64,000 nt of DNA from a virus (IMGVR_UViG_3300014205_000170:224001-288000), one strand, 5' to 3'. Positions 38,434 to 48,215 are shown, counted from the stretch's first letter. Translations and numbers: made by a program. Notes: generated by a model not told the origin, from the letters alone.

Positions 38434-39454
38434 TCCTTACAACATTTGAAATTAAATCTTGTAATTTAGTACCAGTTAGATATGGTTCTAATTGCAGGGT
38501 TAAATTATTTGGAACCGCTGGACTTTGAGGAGTGTGTACATGTGTAATTAAAAATCTTAATATCAATCTTAAAAGTATAATTAATTCATCACCAAATACT
38601 GTGGGATGTAATGAATCAGCTAAACTGCCAAAATCTTTCAATCTTGTACTAAGCTCAACATCTGTTCCTAAGTTAGGTTTTTTAAATTTTCCTTCTGGAG
38701 AATATATATTAATATTAGTAGATTGAAAATTTATTTGAGAATAAGGAACAAATGTACTTTCAGATAATGCTAATCTGTCAAAAATTCTAATTGAATTTGG
38801 ATTCACATTTTCAGTTTCTACTTGTTTAATTTCTATTTGACAAGGAGTGTTTGTATTTAAATCGGTAGTACCTTTTTTAAACCTTCCAGCTCTAATCAAA
38901 ACAGACCTAGGAGAAAATGTAATATCAGCATCTTGTCTTCCTTGTAAAGCAATATCACTTGGTTGAGGGTAATAAAAAGCAGCTTTATTTAAATTATTTG
39001 TTGTTGGGTTTGAAGCAGTATTTTTTTGAGAAAAATTATTGATGTTAAAAATCTCAGATGCATCTGTATAGGATTGATAAGGTAATTTTGTTTGTTGACT
39101 TATTACAGGACCTAACCAATATCTAGTTGACGTTAAATCCAAAGGATTTTCACTGATAACAAGAACCATTTCACCAACTTGAGGACGTATGTGAGAAAAT
39201 TCAGACAGTAATGGTATACAAATTGGAAGTTTATCCGTAGGGGTATCTCTATCTTTTCCGGGTTTAATAGCTCCATTTTCATCTAGAGTTACTATTTCAG
39301 CTTTTAAACGATTAAAGCCGGCATAATCATCAGTACTTCGAACAACAGCAGCATAGATAATCCTCAAAGATGACGAAGGGTCACCTCTGTAATTATCTTG
39401 ACCTCCCATAGATAGGAGAGATTCAGACATGCTGGTAAAATCGTTCTTGCCCAT
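38426..39454 (-). CDS. baseplate central spike (gp5/gpV-like)
   Basis: OB-fold D...RLKA...PLL...PQVGEMV...YWLG; LQGRQDADI; C-terminal VFGDEL...THVH (HxH tip). Confidence 0.75.
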   Translation of the reverse strand: MGKNDFTSMSESLLSMGGQDNYRGDPSSSLRIIYAAVVRSTDDYAGFNRLKAEIVTLDENGAIKPGKDRDTPTDKLPICIPLLSEFSHIRPQVGEMVLVISENPLDLTSTRYWLGPVISQQTKLPYQSYTDASEIFNINNFSQKNTASNPTTNNLNKAAFYYPQPSDIALQGRQDADITFSPRSVLIRAGRFKKGTTDLNTNTPCQIEIKQVETENVNPNSIRIFDRLALSESTFVPYSQINFQSTNINIYSPEGKFKKPNLGTDVELSTRLKDFGSLADSLHPTVFGDELIILLRLILRFLITHVHTPQSPAVPNNLTLQLEPYLTGTKLQDLISNVVRIN

Positions 39455-39630
39455 TATTTTGAGTTTTGTTTCACTTCCTCTATTAAAGTATAATAAGTCT
39501 TTTCCAATGAATCAATTACATTTAATAAAGTTTCAACTTCTTCTTTCTTTTTATTTATATCATCAACAATATCTTGGATATCTCTAAGAAGTTGAGTGTT
39601 AGTTTTTTTATTTACGTTAACGTTATCCAT
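39454..39630 (-). CDS. 58-aa coiled-coil hypothetical protein
   Basis: Hand translation MDNVNVNKKTNTQLLRDIQDIVDDINKKKEEVETLL...; fills gap; TAATG coupling to next gene. Confidence 0.65.
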   Translation of the reverse strand: MDNVNVNKKTNTQLLRDIQDIVDDINKKKEEVETLLNVIDSLEKTYYTLIEEVKQNSK

Positions 39631-39636
39631 GCTCTT

Positions 39637-40053
39637 TTATGATGCAATTCCGGTTGCTGTATGAGGTGTTGGATTTGCTCCTGTACTTGTCACAGGACCT
39701 CCAGAATTGGCTCCGGCTGATGTAACTATCATTCCACTATCAACAGCAACATCCACTCGCATTTCACTTTGTAAAGAGTCATATATCTCCTCAACCATTA
39801 TACGAGTAAATGCTTCCATAACATTTGGTTTCCCATTTTCTAATGGACCGGTTGGTATTCCAATTTCTGTAAATCTTGAAATAATACTTGTGGCAGTAAC
39901 TTCACTATCCAAACCTGGTCTAGCTTTCCCCAACAATATTTTTTTAAGATTTAATCTAGGTATTCTCAATCTATGTTCTGACAACAAGAAAGAAAAGAAA
40001 TCTGCAATTTCTTGAGATTTTTGTAATTTTTTATCAATTTTTATACAAGCCAT
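39637..40053 (-). CDS. hypothetical baseplate-region protein
   Basis: RPGL, GIPTGPL, GANSGGPV; operon context. Confidence 0.6.
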   Translation of the reverse strand: MACIKIDKKLQKSQEIADFFSFLLSEHRLRIPRLNLKKILLGKARPGLDSEVTATSIISRFTEIGIPTGPLENGKPNVMEAFTRIMVEEIYDSLQSEMRVDVAVDSGMIVTSAGANSGGPVTSTGANPTPHTATGIAS

Positions 40054-40055
40054 AA

Positions 40056-41297
40056 TTATGATACTCCTTCATCAAATTTAAATATGTCATTTAAACTTTT
40101 TGTAGCTGTTGCAAATTTCGCAGCTTTATCAAGTTTTTGCAGTTCTTCATTAGAAGCAAATTGCTGTTTAGCAATTTTTCTCTTAATTCTATCTTGTGTT
40201 TTTTGTACAAAGTATTTTTTAACTAAATTCTTTAATTCTTTTATAAGGCGTTGAATTATAATAGAAAGTAAATAAGCATAAATAGAATTCATTATAGCAC
40301 TAACAAATGATGTTCTTTTTTGAAATTCTGAATCACTTCCCACACACATCGCTCTGACATCACAAGGAGAAGGTAAAAAATCATCATGTGAAACACCTAA
40401 GTTTCCATTTGGTCCAGAATTAATTTGAGACATTACTCCTGTTAGATGCGGCGAAATAGCAGTTGGAATCAAATTAATGATGTTTTCAACCAATATTTGT
40501 AAAAAACTTTTTCTTACTGCGTTTGCATTTTCTTGAGAGTTAATTCTTTGAGTTTCAGATGTTACTACATTACTGATTTGCTCAAACATAATCGATGGAT
40601 TTATTTTAGTCTTACTAGGATTTGAATTATTTGCTATAACATCATTAGCTTGATTTAAAATTATATCTGGTAATTTAATTTTAACGTCTTGACAAGAGAT
40701 GGTAAAAATCATTTCACCTTTTTCTAATCTTTTTCTTAATTCTACTTTATTAAATTCAAAATCACCTTCTGAATCACTTGTAGGATTTGATACTGAAAAC
40801 ATATCTGATGAACACACTGCATAATTTAATAAAACAGATTGTTCTGCAGGATTATCACTCATCTTCTCTTTTGGGCCAAACATCATAGTTATAATACGCT
40901 TAGCCATTTGTGCTTTAGCAACTCTAAAAACAATATTTAATGGTATTAAAGCATTGTCTAACAACCACTCTTGATTAGTTTGAGAATTACTGATTTTTTT
41001 ACCATTACTATCTAAGGATTTTGCTAAAGATTTTAAAACCATTTTTTCTAGCTTGTTACTGTTTGGGTCGAACAATTTATCTATAAATGTTTTTAAAAAC
41101 AAATCCATAGTTGCTGCACCTAAAGTAGCTTCTGTTATTTTTTTAGCATAATCAAAAGTGCTAATTTGTTGGTCAATATCTAAAAACTTTGGTTTTTTTA
41201 ACTTAAGGGAAAAAGAATTTTTTAAAGCTGATAATTGTGATAACAGCTTTTCTTGTTGCTCTGTAAGTGGGTTTTCTATTGGTTTTTGAAATGCCAT
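40056..41297 (-). CDS. helical hypothetical protein
   Basis: 413-aa ORF in operon. Confidence 0.65.
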   Translation of the reverse strand: MAFQKPIENPLTEQQEKLLSQLSALKNSFSLKLKKPKFLDIDQQISTFDYAKKITEATLGAATMDLFLKTFIDKLFDPNSNKLEKMVLKSLAKSLDSNGKKISNSQTNQEWLLDNALIPLNIVFRVAKAQMAKRIITMMFGPKEKMSDNPAEQSVLLNYAVCSSDMFSVSNPTSDSEGDFEFNKVELRKRLEKGEMIFTISCQDVKIKLPDIILNQANDVIANNSNPSKTKINPSIMFEQISNVVTSETQRINSQENANAVRKSFLQILVENIINLIPTAISPHLTGVMSQINSGPNGNLGVSHDDFLPSPCDVRAMCVGSDSEFQKRTSFVSAIMNSIYAYLLSIIIQRLIKELKNLVKKYFVQKTQDRIKRKIAKQQFASNEELQKLDKAAKFATATKSLNDIFKFDEGVS

Positions 41298-41309
41298 TTG
41301 ATAATGATT

Positions 41310-41678
41310 TTACTTAGTGTCCGCAGCCTCATCTTTAGGATTTTCCATATCCTTAAGTAATTTCAAAATTTCAGATTTTTGGGTGTCTCCCATGCCGGGC
41401 CCAGAAGTTCCTTTTCCACCAGCAGAAGAGTCATCTTTGTGAACAATATCCTTAACTAGTTTCGCTAAATTGAATATAGCATTTGAACGGTCGGCAGCTA
41501 TTTTTAAATAATCAACAGCAAACTTACCTTGTAGAACGAAATCATCTGCACTAGTCATCATTTCATCTTGTCTTCTATACCTTTCTAATGCTAAATCGCG
41601 CTCCTCCTGAAATCCATCCAAGGACTTTTCTAGGAGTTTTTCTAACCCATGTGCAGAAATATCAACTTTTTTTTCCAT
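41310..41678 (-). CDS. hypothetical protein
   Basis: 122-aa ORF preceded by TATTTAT motif. Confidence 0.65.
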   Translation of the reverse strand: MEKKVDISAHGLEKLLEKSLDGFQEERDLALERYRRQDEMMTSADDFVLQGKFAVDYLKIAADRSNAIFNLAKLVKDIVHKDDSSAGGKGTSGPGMGDTQKSEILKLLKDMENPKDEAADTK

Positions 41679-41729
41679 ATTAACTCTAATAAGTGTTTAT
41701 ATAAATAGGAGTTACAAAAAAAACAGAAT

Positions 41730-42620
41730 CTATTCCAAGGATTTTAAAAAATCGTGTTTGAAAATTTTATAGTAACTTTTAAATCGACTTAAGGAATATG
41801 TTATCTCCTTTGTTTGTAAACCGGTTCTTTCTTTTAATAAATGATATACTAAATTTTTATTATACACCTTTAACATATCGTGGTTTTCAAAAATATAAAT
41901 TATTGCTTCTGCAACTTTTTTATCATTTGATAACATTTTAGGTTTTTTCATCTCATCCTTAAGTTTTTTGACAATACCATCAAAAACCAAAGAATTTGTA
42001 TCTTTTACTTCTTCAACATCATTTAATTCGTAGTGATTTTCTGGTTTAGCACTTGCTGCATCCACATTTTCATCAATATCAAGAGTTGCTTTAGTCATTT
42101 TGTAAGCACTTCTCTTTTCTCCCATCAAATAATGCTTTGCTATTGTTCCAAGATAAGCAAAAGCTTTTGCTCCAGTATTTGGGTCGTATTTTTCTAATTT
42201 AGTAGCAAGAAAAGACATACAATCTATTTGTAATTCTCTTACTTCAACATCTGTACGGAAAAGTTTATAAGTAAAAATAATATTTTCTACCAATTTCTTT
42301 AAGGGATTATAAATTTCTTTATTAAAAATTTTATCTCTAGTAATTTGATTGGTTTCTTTTAAGTATTCTACAATAGCTTTTTCTTGTTTATCAGACCAAT
42401 AAATAGAATTTTTCTCATACCTCTGTTTAAGTTCATCATCATAATTATCTTTTTCGTCTGAAACAGATTTATATAATTTTCTTAAATCTTCTATAGTGGG
42501 CTCATACCCATTACTTTCTTTATCTAAATCATTGGCTAAAGTTTCGTATAAATAAATATACTCCTCTCCAATAGAATCAAATTTAATATCTTTTAAAGAT
42601 TTTAATTGTCGTTTTGCCAT
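41730..42620 (-). CDS. phage late sigma factor (gp55-like)
   Basis: KLVENII, DCMSFL, KYDPNTGAKAFAYLGTIAKHYL resembles the region-2 FDPxKxxxxFAY motif of T4-like sigma factors. Confidence 0.7.
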   Translation of the reverse strand: MAKRQLKSLKDIKFDSIGEEYIYLYETLANDLDKESNGYEPTIEDLRKLYKSVSDEKDNYDDELKQRYEKNSIYWSDKQEKAIVEYLKETNQITRDKIFNKEIYNPLKKLVENIIFTYKLFRTDVEVRELQIDCMSFLATKLEKYDPNTGAKAFAYLGTIAKHYLMGEKRSAYKMTKATLDIDENVDAASAKPENHYELNDVEEVKDTNSLVFDGIVKKLKDEMKKPKMLSNDKKVAEAIIYIFENHDMLKVYNKNLVYHLLKERTGLQTKEITYSLSRFKSYYKIFKHDFLKSLE

Positions 42621-42638
42621 TATAGATGAAATTGAATA

Positions 42639-42668
42639 AGAAAGAAACTTATAATTAAGTTTCTTTCT
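42639..42668. terminator. perfect 13-bp hairpin between glycosyltransferase and sigma genes
   Basis: AGAAAGAAACTTA-TAAT-TAAGTTTCTTTCT. Confidence 0.55.
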
Positions 42669-42674
42669 ATTAGT

Positions 42675-43628
42675 TTAAGCGACAACCCTAGGTTCAAATT
42701 TGATTTCTCTGTCATGTCTGCTGATAAAATATTCTTTTTTAGCAGATTCATTCCAGAATTTTATTTCTTCCTGACTCATTCCACCTTTATCTTCCGGAAA
42801 AGCTGTTAGGTTTCTTGGTACTTTTGAAGAAAAAGGGTCAACCATTTCTGTTGGAATATCAATTCTGTGTTCATATCCTAAGCGAGGAATTGTAAAGAAT
42901 TTCACATCATCATAAATCATTCTTAAAAAGAATTCATATGCATAAGATACTTTAAAATTCTCTTTCATCGCTTTGTATTGACCGTCAATCAAAGTAGAAT
43001 AATTTTTTATAGAATCAGTTTTAAAAACTGCACCCGTTGTATTGATACAATTAAAACGCATTAATAATTGTAAATCAAATACACCAGCAACTTCTGCATA
43101 ACCATCTACCCAACAAGCTTCATTGAAAAATCCTAAGAAATTACCATTAGAAACTTCTCTTAATAAAGGTAAAAATCCATCTTTATCAATATGTTTTGCA
43201 GCAAATTTCATTGATGTTTTATACCAATCCACATCAATAACATCTTCTGATTCTACAACAGAGAAAAATTTATACTTATTAACAATAGAATAATTTAATG
43301 CCTCATTAAATAATTGTTGAAAAGTATGACTAGATGTATTTTCTAATACATAATTTAGTTTTTTCTCAGATTTAATTTCTTTAGTTTCTGTTGTACCGTC
43401 TTCTTTCTTTTCAGTCACTGTTATAGATGGGCTATCTAATATCGATTTGATTTGCGACAATTCTGTTGCATTATCTCCTCCGTACAATACCAATACATCA
43501 ACTGGTTGATTTTGTTGAGAAAGTGAGTAAGCACATTCTTTTACAAAAACATCTACAAATTTTTTGATTGGTAAAACAACAAGAATATTCTTATCGTTTA
43601 AGCTGGTTAAGTTCTGTAATTCTTTCAT
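42675..43628 (-). CDS. GT-A fold (GT2-like) glycosyltransferase
   Basis: ILVVLPI, VESEDV (DxD-like), TGAVFK, YEFFLRM, IPRLGYEH. Confidence 0.7.
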   Translation of the reverse strand: MKELQNLTSLNDKNILVVLPIKKFVDVFVKECAYSLSQQNQPVDVLVLYGGDNATELSQIKSILDSPSITVTEKKEDGTTETKEIKSEKKLNYVLENTSSHTFQQLFNEALNYSIVNKYKFFSVVESEDVIDVDWYKTSMKFAAKHIDKDGFLPLLREVSNGNFLGFFNEACWVDGYAEVAGVFDLQLLMRFNCINTTGAVFKTDSIKNYSTLIDGQYKAMKENFKVSYAYEFFLRMIYDDVKFFTIPRLGYEHRIDIPTEMVDPFSSKVPRNLTAFPEDKGGMSQEEIKFWNESAKKEYFISRHDREIKFEPRVVA

Positions 43629-44781
43629 TTTTATATTCGTTTATAATGTTAATAAATGACTCCTTTTCTTTTTCAGGAGCGTATTTCAATAATGTATCTT
43701 CGTATTCTTTAGTAACAGCTTCACCATCTAATTTACCGGTTAACCAACGTTCAGCAGCCATACCTAGTAATTCAGCCAATTGAAATATATCACCATTTTG
43801 TGCCCAAAATCCATTAGTTTGTTTCATGTATTCTTTTCCTCCTAATGGAGTCCAACCAACAACATGAGTTCCTGATGCCATCGCTTCTAAAGGCATAGTA
43901 CCAAATCCAGCAATTTCATCAGTATATAAACAAAGAGCAGCAGCACCTAATCTTTCAGCATATTCCTCTTTTGATAAACCTTTTAATTCATCAACGCGAA
44001 TCCATGATAAATGAGGGAAGAATGAATAGAAAGTTTTAATTACATTATAACTTTTCAATACTGCATCTTGACTTCTTCCTGGCATAAAAGCAATTACAGG
44101 ATTTTTGTCAACCATATCTACCGACTTAAACAAACTTCTATCAATTGATTGAGAGTATTGTTTAATTGATAAACCTGGCATAACGGCATTTAAATATTCT
44201 GTAATACCATCAGAAACACTAATTACATCTTTAATTCCAAAATGTTGCCATTTTTGATTAATGTTTAAAGAATTAAGAATGTAATACCAGCTTTGTACTA
44301 AAACAATTCTTTTACAAGGTAATTGAGCTGTCTTTTCCATAATATTTGGAAAACCTTCCGGAATAAAAAAGAAATCTTCTGCATTTAATGTTAAAGGAGT
44401 ACACTCAACAGTTTTGCCGTCATTAAATTTTATTTCACCTTCACCCAAACATTGTAATTCAACGCTTTCAGCTAGATTGCCTAACCAACTAGGATTAAAA
44501 GGCTCATAAATTTCAATTCTCTTTTTTGCTTTAACCGAAGCATCATAAGATGCTTTTTGGTCAACTCTTGGTTCATATACAACCACTACGTTGTAGCCGG
44601 CTTCTTTTAAAATTTGTGCATTTTTAAACAATACACTAACTCCACCACTAGCCACATTCATTGGCGGACAATAAATGTAATATTTACATTGATTGTTTGC
44701 TACTTTTTGAACAACCTCTTCCACAAAATTATTGTGTTCGCTTTTGATTTGTTCTTCTGATTTTAATTGCATTTCTGACAT
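43591..44781 (-). CDS. GT-B fold (GT4-like) glycosyltransferase
   Basis: SGGV, IAFMPGR, GFGTMPLEAMASGTHVVG; start moved to MSEMQ. Confidence 0.85.
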   Translation of the reverse strand: MSEMQLKSEEQIKSEHNNFVEEVVQKVANNQCKYYIYCPPMNVASGGVSVLFKNAQILKEAGYNVVVVYEPRVDQKASYDASVKAKKRIEIYEPFNPSWLGNLAESVELQCLGEGEIKFNDGKTVECTPLTLNAEDFFFIPEGFPNIMEKTAQLPCKRIVLVQSWYYILNSLNINQKWQHFGIKDVISVSDGITEYLNAVMPGLSIKQYSQSIDRSLFKSVDMVDKNPVIAFMPGRSQDAVLKSYNVIKTFYSFFPHLSWIRVDELKGLSKEEYAERLGAAALCLYTDEIAGFGTMPLEAMASGTHVVGWTPLGGKEYMKQTNGFWAQNGDIFQLAELLGMAAERWLTGKLDGEAVTKEYEDTLLKYAPEKEKESFINIINEYKNERITELNQLKR

Positions 44782-44799
44782 TGCTATTATATTTTTATT

Positions 44800-44807
44800 C
44801 AAATTTA
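44800..44807 (-). promoter_or_regulatory. Bacteroidota -7 promoter box
   Basis: TAAATTTG upstream of the GT4 gene. Confidence 0.4.
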
Positions 44808-44855
44808 TATTGTATTGTAGTAAAGTAAACTATTATAGAATAATAATTAAAAAAA

Positions 44856-45479
44856 TTATTTTTCAATTAATACTTTTCTTACAATAGGTTTTGGTTTATA
44901 ATATTCAAACACTTCTGCTAATTGCTTTGTATCTTTTGCATACATTTCCCAATCATCTGGTGCCACTTCTTCTTCTATCACATCAATATAAAATGTTTTT
45001 GGCTCAAAAGGAAAACCTCTTATTAATTGACTACCATGAATTTTCAAATCTGAATTACCTGATAAAAAATCTTTTTTGCTTGCCCAAAAACTTCCATTCC
45101 AACAAGAACCATTCGGTGTTCTTTTAACAATAGCATCTATATATTTTACATTTCCATCTTTATCTTTAAATAAAGCCGAACATCTTTTATTTTGCCACAT
45201 TGGTTCGTTTTCATTTCTATCAGTAATATCATGCCACTCCTCTTCTATTCCTGTAATAGGAGAAATAGGTTCTTGTAAACATAATTTTTCTATGGTATTA
45301 CATAACACTGCTGCTGTCAATGGAGCAGAAGAACCACTTTGACCTGACTGTCCAAACTTTTCAACTAATGCTAAAATTTCTGGAATGAATTCCTCTACGA
45401 TTGCCGTAGTATTTTGTTCTCTATAATAGTTAACAAGAACATCTAATTCTAATTTTGCATGTTTAAAAGTATTAGTCAT
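44856..45479 (-). CDS. conserved-looking phage protein ending in VRKVLIEK
   Basis: HAKLEL...SGQSGSSA...PISPITG..EEW...QNKRCSALFK; motif is the last 8 residues. Confidence 0.7.
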   Translation of the reverse strand: MTNTFKHAKLELDVLVNYYREQNTTAIVEEFIPEILALVEKFGQSGQSGSSAPLTAAVLCNTIEKLCLQEPISPITGIEEEWHDITDRNENEPMWQNKRCSALFKDKDGNVKYIDAIVKRTPNGSCWNGSFWASKKDFLSGNSDLKIHGSQLIRGFPFEPKTFYIDVIEEEVAPDDWEMYAKDTKQLAEVFEYYKPKPIVRKVLIEK

Positions 45480-46200
45480 TCTTGTCTTGTGTTTTTTGTT
45501 TAGCAATAACTTCTTCGTATTTTTCTAAATTAAAAATTTTTAAAAGAAACATTTCATTATAAACAGCATTAACTGATTCAAATGAATAATCAACATCACT
45601 AAAAGCATTATATGGATAAGAAATTTTAATTGAAGTTTTATCAATAGGTTTACTTTCAAAACTCTCTGGACTATCATCTATTAACACATCACAATAATTC
45701 CATTTATCAACATCTTGATTTACAAAAACAACTTTATTGATTTTACACCCACCTTTGGCTAAAAAATGATATGTTGAATTTACAACCTTATCATCTCCCT
45801 TAATAAGAAGCACAACTTCAAATAAACCATTAGCTTTTCCAAAAGCCTGGATTCTATTAATAGTATCAAATGAACGCGGAAACTGATTAGCAACTCCATA
45901 CAGTTCAAAAGCGTAATTTTGGAAGAAATCCTTAAAATCATCTTTAGAATCAAAATAATAATGATTCATTAAATCATATGTATCTACTGGTAAATGAATT
46001 TTTTCATCAACTAATTTTTCTAATTTATCCAGTTGATTTTCAGCAGTATGTTCTGGTAAGATATATTGAAAATTTTCATCAGCACTAACCAATGAATCGT
46101 TTTTAATAAAAAACTTTCTATAAGTTTTATCAAATTGAGAATGAAAATCTCTAACAACACCGTCAAGAGAAATTCCAAGAGTTTTAATTTTTTTGTCCAT
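45472..46200 (-). CDS. HAD 5'(3')-nucleotidase-like protein
   Basis: GISLDGVVRD (motif I variant), DVLIDDSP, PYN; start moved to MDKKIK. Confidence 0.7.
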   Translation of the reverse strand: MDKKIKTLGISLDGVVRDFHSQFDKTYRKFFIKNDSLVSADENFQYILPEHTAENQLDKLEKLVDEKIHLPVDTYDLMNHYYFDSKDDFKDFFQNYAFELYGVANQFPRSFDTINRIQAFGKANGLFEVVLLIKGDDKVVNSTYHFLAKGGCKINKVVFVNQDVDKWNYCDVLIDDSPESFESKPIDKTSIKISYPYNAFSDVDYSFESVNAVYNEMFLLKIFNLEKYEEVIAKQKTQDKND

Positions 46201-46253
46201 TAGAATATAATTGTTATAACAAAAATATCCATAATGACCACAAAGTAAACAAT

Positions 46254-46283
46254 AAAAAAACCCCACCTACAAGATGGGGTTTT
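46254..46283 (-). terminator. intrinsic terminator
   Basis: AAAACCCCA-N9-TGGGGTTTT hairpin with T-run on the minus strand, after 46303..46773. Confidence 0.75.
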
Positions 46284-46302
46284 GAAATATATTATTTTAT
46301 TT

Positions 46303-46773
46303 TTATGCTTTTGCAGCAGCTTCTGTCACCGGTACATCCTCAGCAAACGAGGATTCGTGAGCCCAGATTAAATTAAAGCCATATAGCTCATAATCATCCT
46401 GAACAATTTGATTTTTAACAGCACCTTTTCCTTTAGGAACAAGAGCACACTTATCAAGGAATCCTTCTTCGTTGTTGATTTTATCAACATATGGAGAATC
46501 GCCTTCAACCTTAAATTGAGATACTCCGAAAAGTTTTTTACCTTCCATTTCCAAACGTACAACACGACCAATGTTGAATTCGTCTTTTAAGTATTCATAA
46601 TCATATTCATCATCTTCGATTGCACACTCAATATCGAGTCCTTCACCGTTTTCTTTTAGCTTATCAGAGTTAAGCCAAGTCTTTACAAGTGCATCTGTAA
46701 AGATTCTGTGATTCTTGTTTTTTTTGTCTACTTCTAGGATGAAGAAGCGTTTTTCTTTGATTTTTTGCGCCAT
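46303..46773 (-). CDS. prohead protease (gp21/S77-like) homologue, apparently catalytically inactive
   Basis: KKNKNHRIF (NxNxRxY), LEMEGKKLFG, VPKGKGAV (for SSRGxGS), VQDDYELYGFNLI (for VQxDFxLxxFDxV). Confidence 0.65.
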   Translation of the reverse strand: MAQKIKEKRFFILEVDKKNKNHRIFTDALVKTWLNSDKLKENGEGLDIECAIEDDEYDYEYLKDEFNIGRVVRLEMEGKKLFGVSQFKVEGDSPYVDKINNEEGFLDKCALVPKGKGAVKNQIVQDDYELYGFNLIWAHESSFAEDVPVTEAAAKA

Positions 46774-46810
46774 GGTATTAGTTTGTTTGTTTGTTTATTA
46801 ATTTATAATA

Positions 46811-46818
46811 CAAATATA
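46811..46818 (-). promoter_or_regulatory. Bacteroidota -7 promoter box
   Basis: TATATTTG upstream of 46773. Confidence 0.45.
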
Positions 46819-46879
46819 GATTATTTTATTGATTTAAACTGAAAAAAACATAAAAAGTTACACTTTTTTAAAAAAAAAT

Positions 46880-48205
46880 TTAATGTCTCCTTGCTCTTCT
46901 TAATATAGTATCAAAATCTGCCGGTTGAGCCACCTCATTCATTGGGAAATCTGCTGGGACATCTGCATTACCCTCTACTACAATATTCTCATCTCCTATA
47001 TCATAACCCTGTTCAAGCACTTCTGCATCAACCGGAATTTCTTCAACTTCTTGAATTTGAAGTATTTCCCTAGCTCTAGCCCTAGGGATTTCGGCATTTA
47101 AATTTACTGGTCTATTTCCAAAAATTTCTTCTCTTGGGGCAGCAGCAAGGTCTTCATTTCTTACCACTCTATCTATTGCTTGAATCATCTCTCCGAGTCT
47201 GGCATCTTCCATTGCTCGTACAGCACCTTCTTCTGTAGGTGTGGTTTCATTTAATTCAGAGAAATTATAATCATTTCCTTTCATTAAATAATTTCCTTTT
47301 TGAGAACCGAAAATTCTTTCTTTTATATTATCTGAAAGATATAAATTAGATGCGGAGGTATTTGTTATTTCAGAATACAACTCATCATACATCTGTATAG
47401 CTTGTTGCTTTCTTTGAGTTATCCAATCTAGCATCTCTGCTTTAGAATTAATTCTCACAGAAGCTTCTTTATGTCTTTCTAAAAGTATAAATCTTTTCAT
47501 TTCAAAACCTTGTATTTGCTCTGTCTTTTTACCTTTATTACTTAAAGAAATATTAATTGATGTTGGAACAGATAAAGAAATTTCACTAATATAACCGTCC
47601 ATATTAGTTGCTACATATGACTCACCAAAAAATTTAGAAAAATCTACTGTTTTAGAATGTTGATTAAAAAATTCTAAAATCATCATCCAACTTGAATGAT
47701 TCATTTTTGTATTTGCTTTTGCATAATTTTGGCCAATCATTCCATTCTTTTTAATTTCAATGTGAACAACTGTTTTTCCAGAAGGTTGTTTTAAAGCCAA
47801 AATTCCTACTGCTTTATGTAAAACTCTTTTTTGATAACCTCCAACGCAATTTGACATAAGAACACCTTCTTCAATTAAGTCATTTGAATTTAAAAGAGAA
47901 ATATAATACCCATTTTTAAAAGTATATAATATATTCTTTTGTTTTCTTTCTTCGTCTTTTTTGAAAAGATATGCTTGTTGTAGCATTTCTGGATAACTCA
48001 AATCCATAGAAACATTTTTAGAACGTTCTAAAAAATGATTTACGATTTTTATTTCTTCCGTATTCATATATTCAATACCACCCTTTTTGTGAGCTCCTAA
48101 AAACCACAATAAGTGTTTGTATATCCCACAATTGATAAATAAATCTATTACATTTTTATCAAAGCCTTGAGTAATAAAAAAGTTTATTTTTTTCTCACTA
48201 ATCAT
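46880..48205 (-). CDS. PcfJ-like domain protein with acidic C-terminal tail
   Basis: LIEEGVLMSNCVGGY...HIEI...QNYAKAN. Confidence 0.75.
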   Translation of the reverse strand: MISEKKINFFITQGFDKNVIDLFINCGIYKHLLWFLGAHKKGGIEYMNTEEIKIVNHFLERSKNVSMDLSYPEMLQQAYLFKKDEERKQKNILYTFKNGYYISLLNSNDLIEEGVLMSNCVGGYQKRVLHKAVGILALKQPSGKTVVHIEIKKNGMIGQNYAKANTKMNHSSWMMILEFFNQHSKTVDFSKFFGESYVATNMDGYISEISLSVPTSINISLSNKGKKTEQIQGFEMKRFILLERHKEASVRINSKAEMLDWITQRKQQAIQMYDELYSEITNTSASNLYLSDNIKERIFGSQKGNYLMKGNDYNFSELNETTPTEEGAVRAMEDARLGEMIQAIDRVVRNEDLAAAPREEIFGNRPVNLNAEIPRARAREILQIQEVEEIPVDAEVLEQGYDIGDENIVVEGNADVPADFPMNEVAQPADFDTILRRARRH

Positions 48206-48215
48206 ACAATATTGC

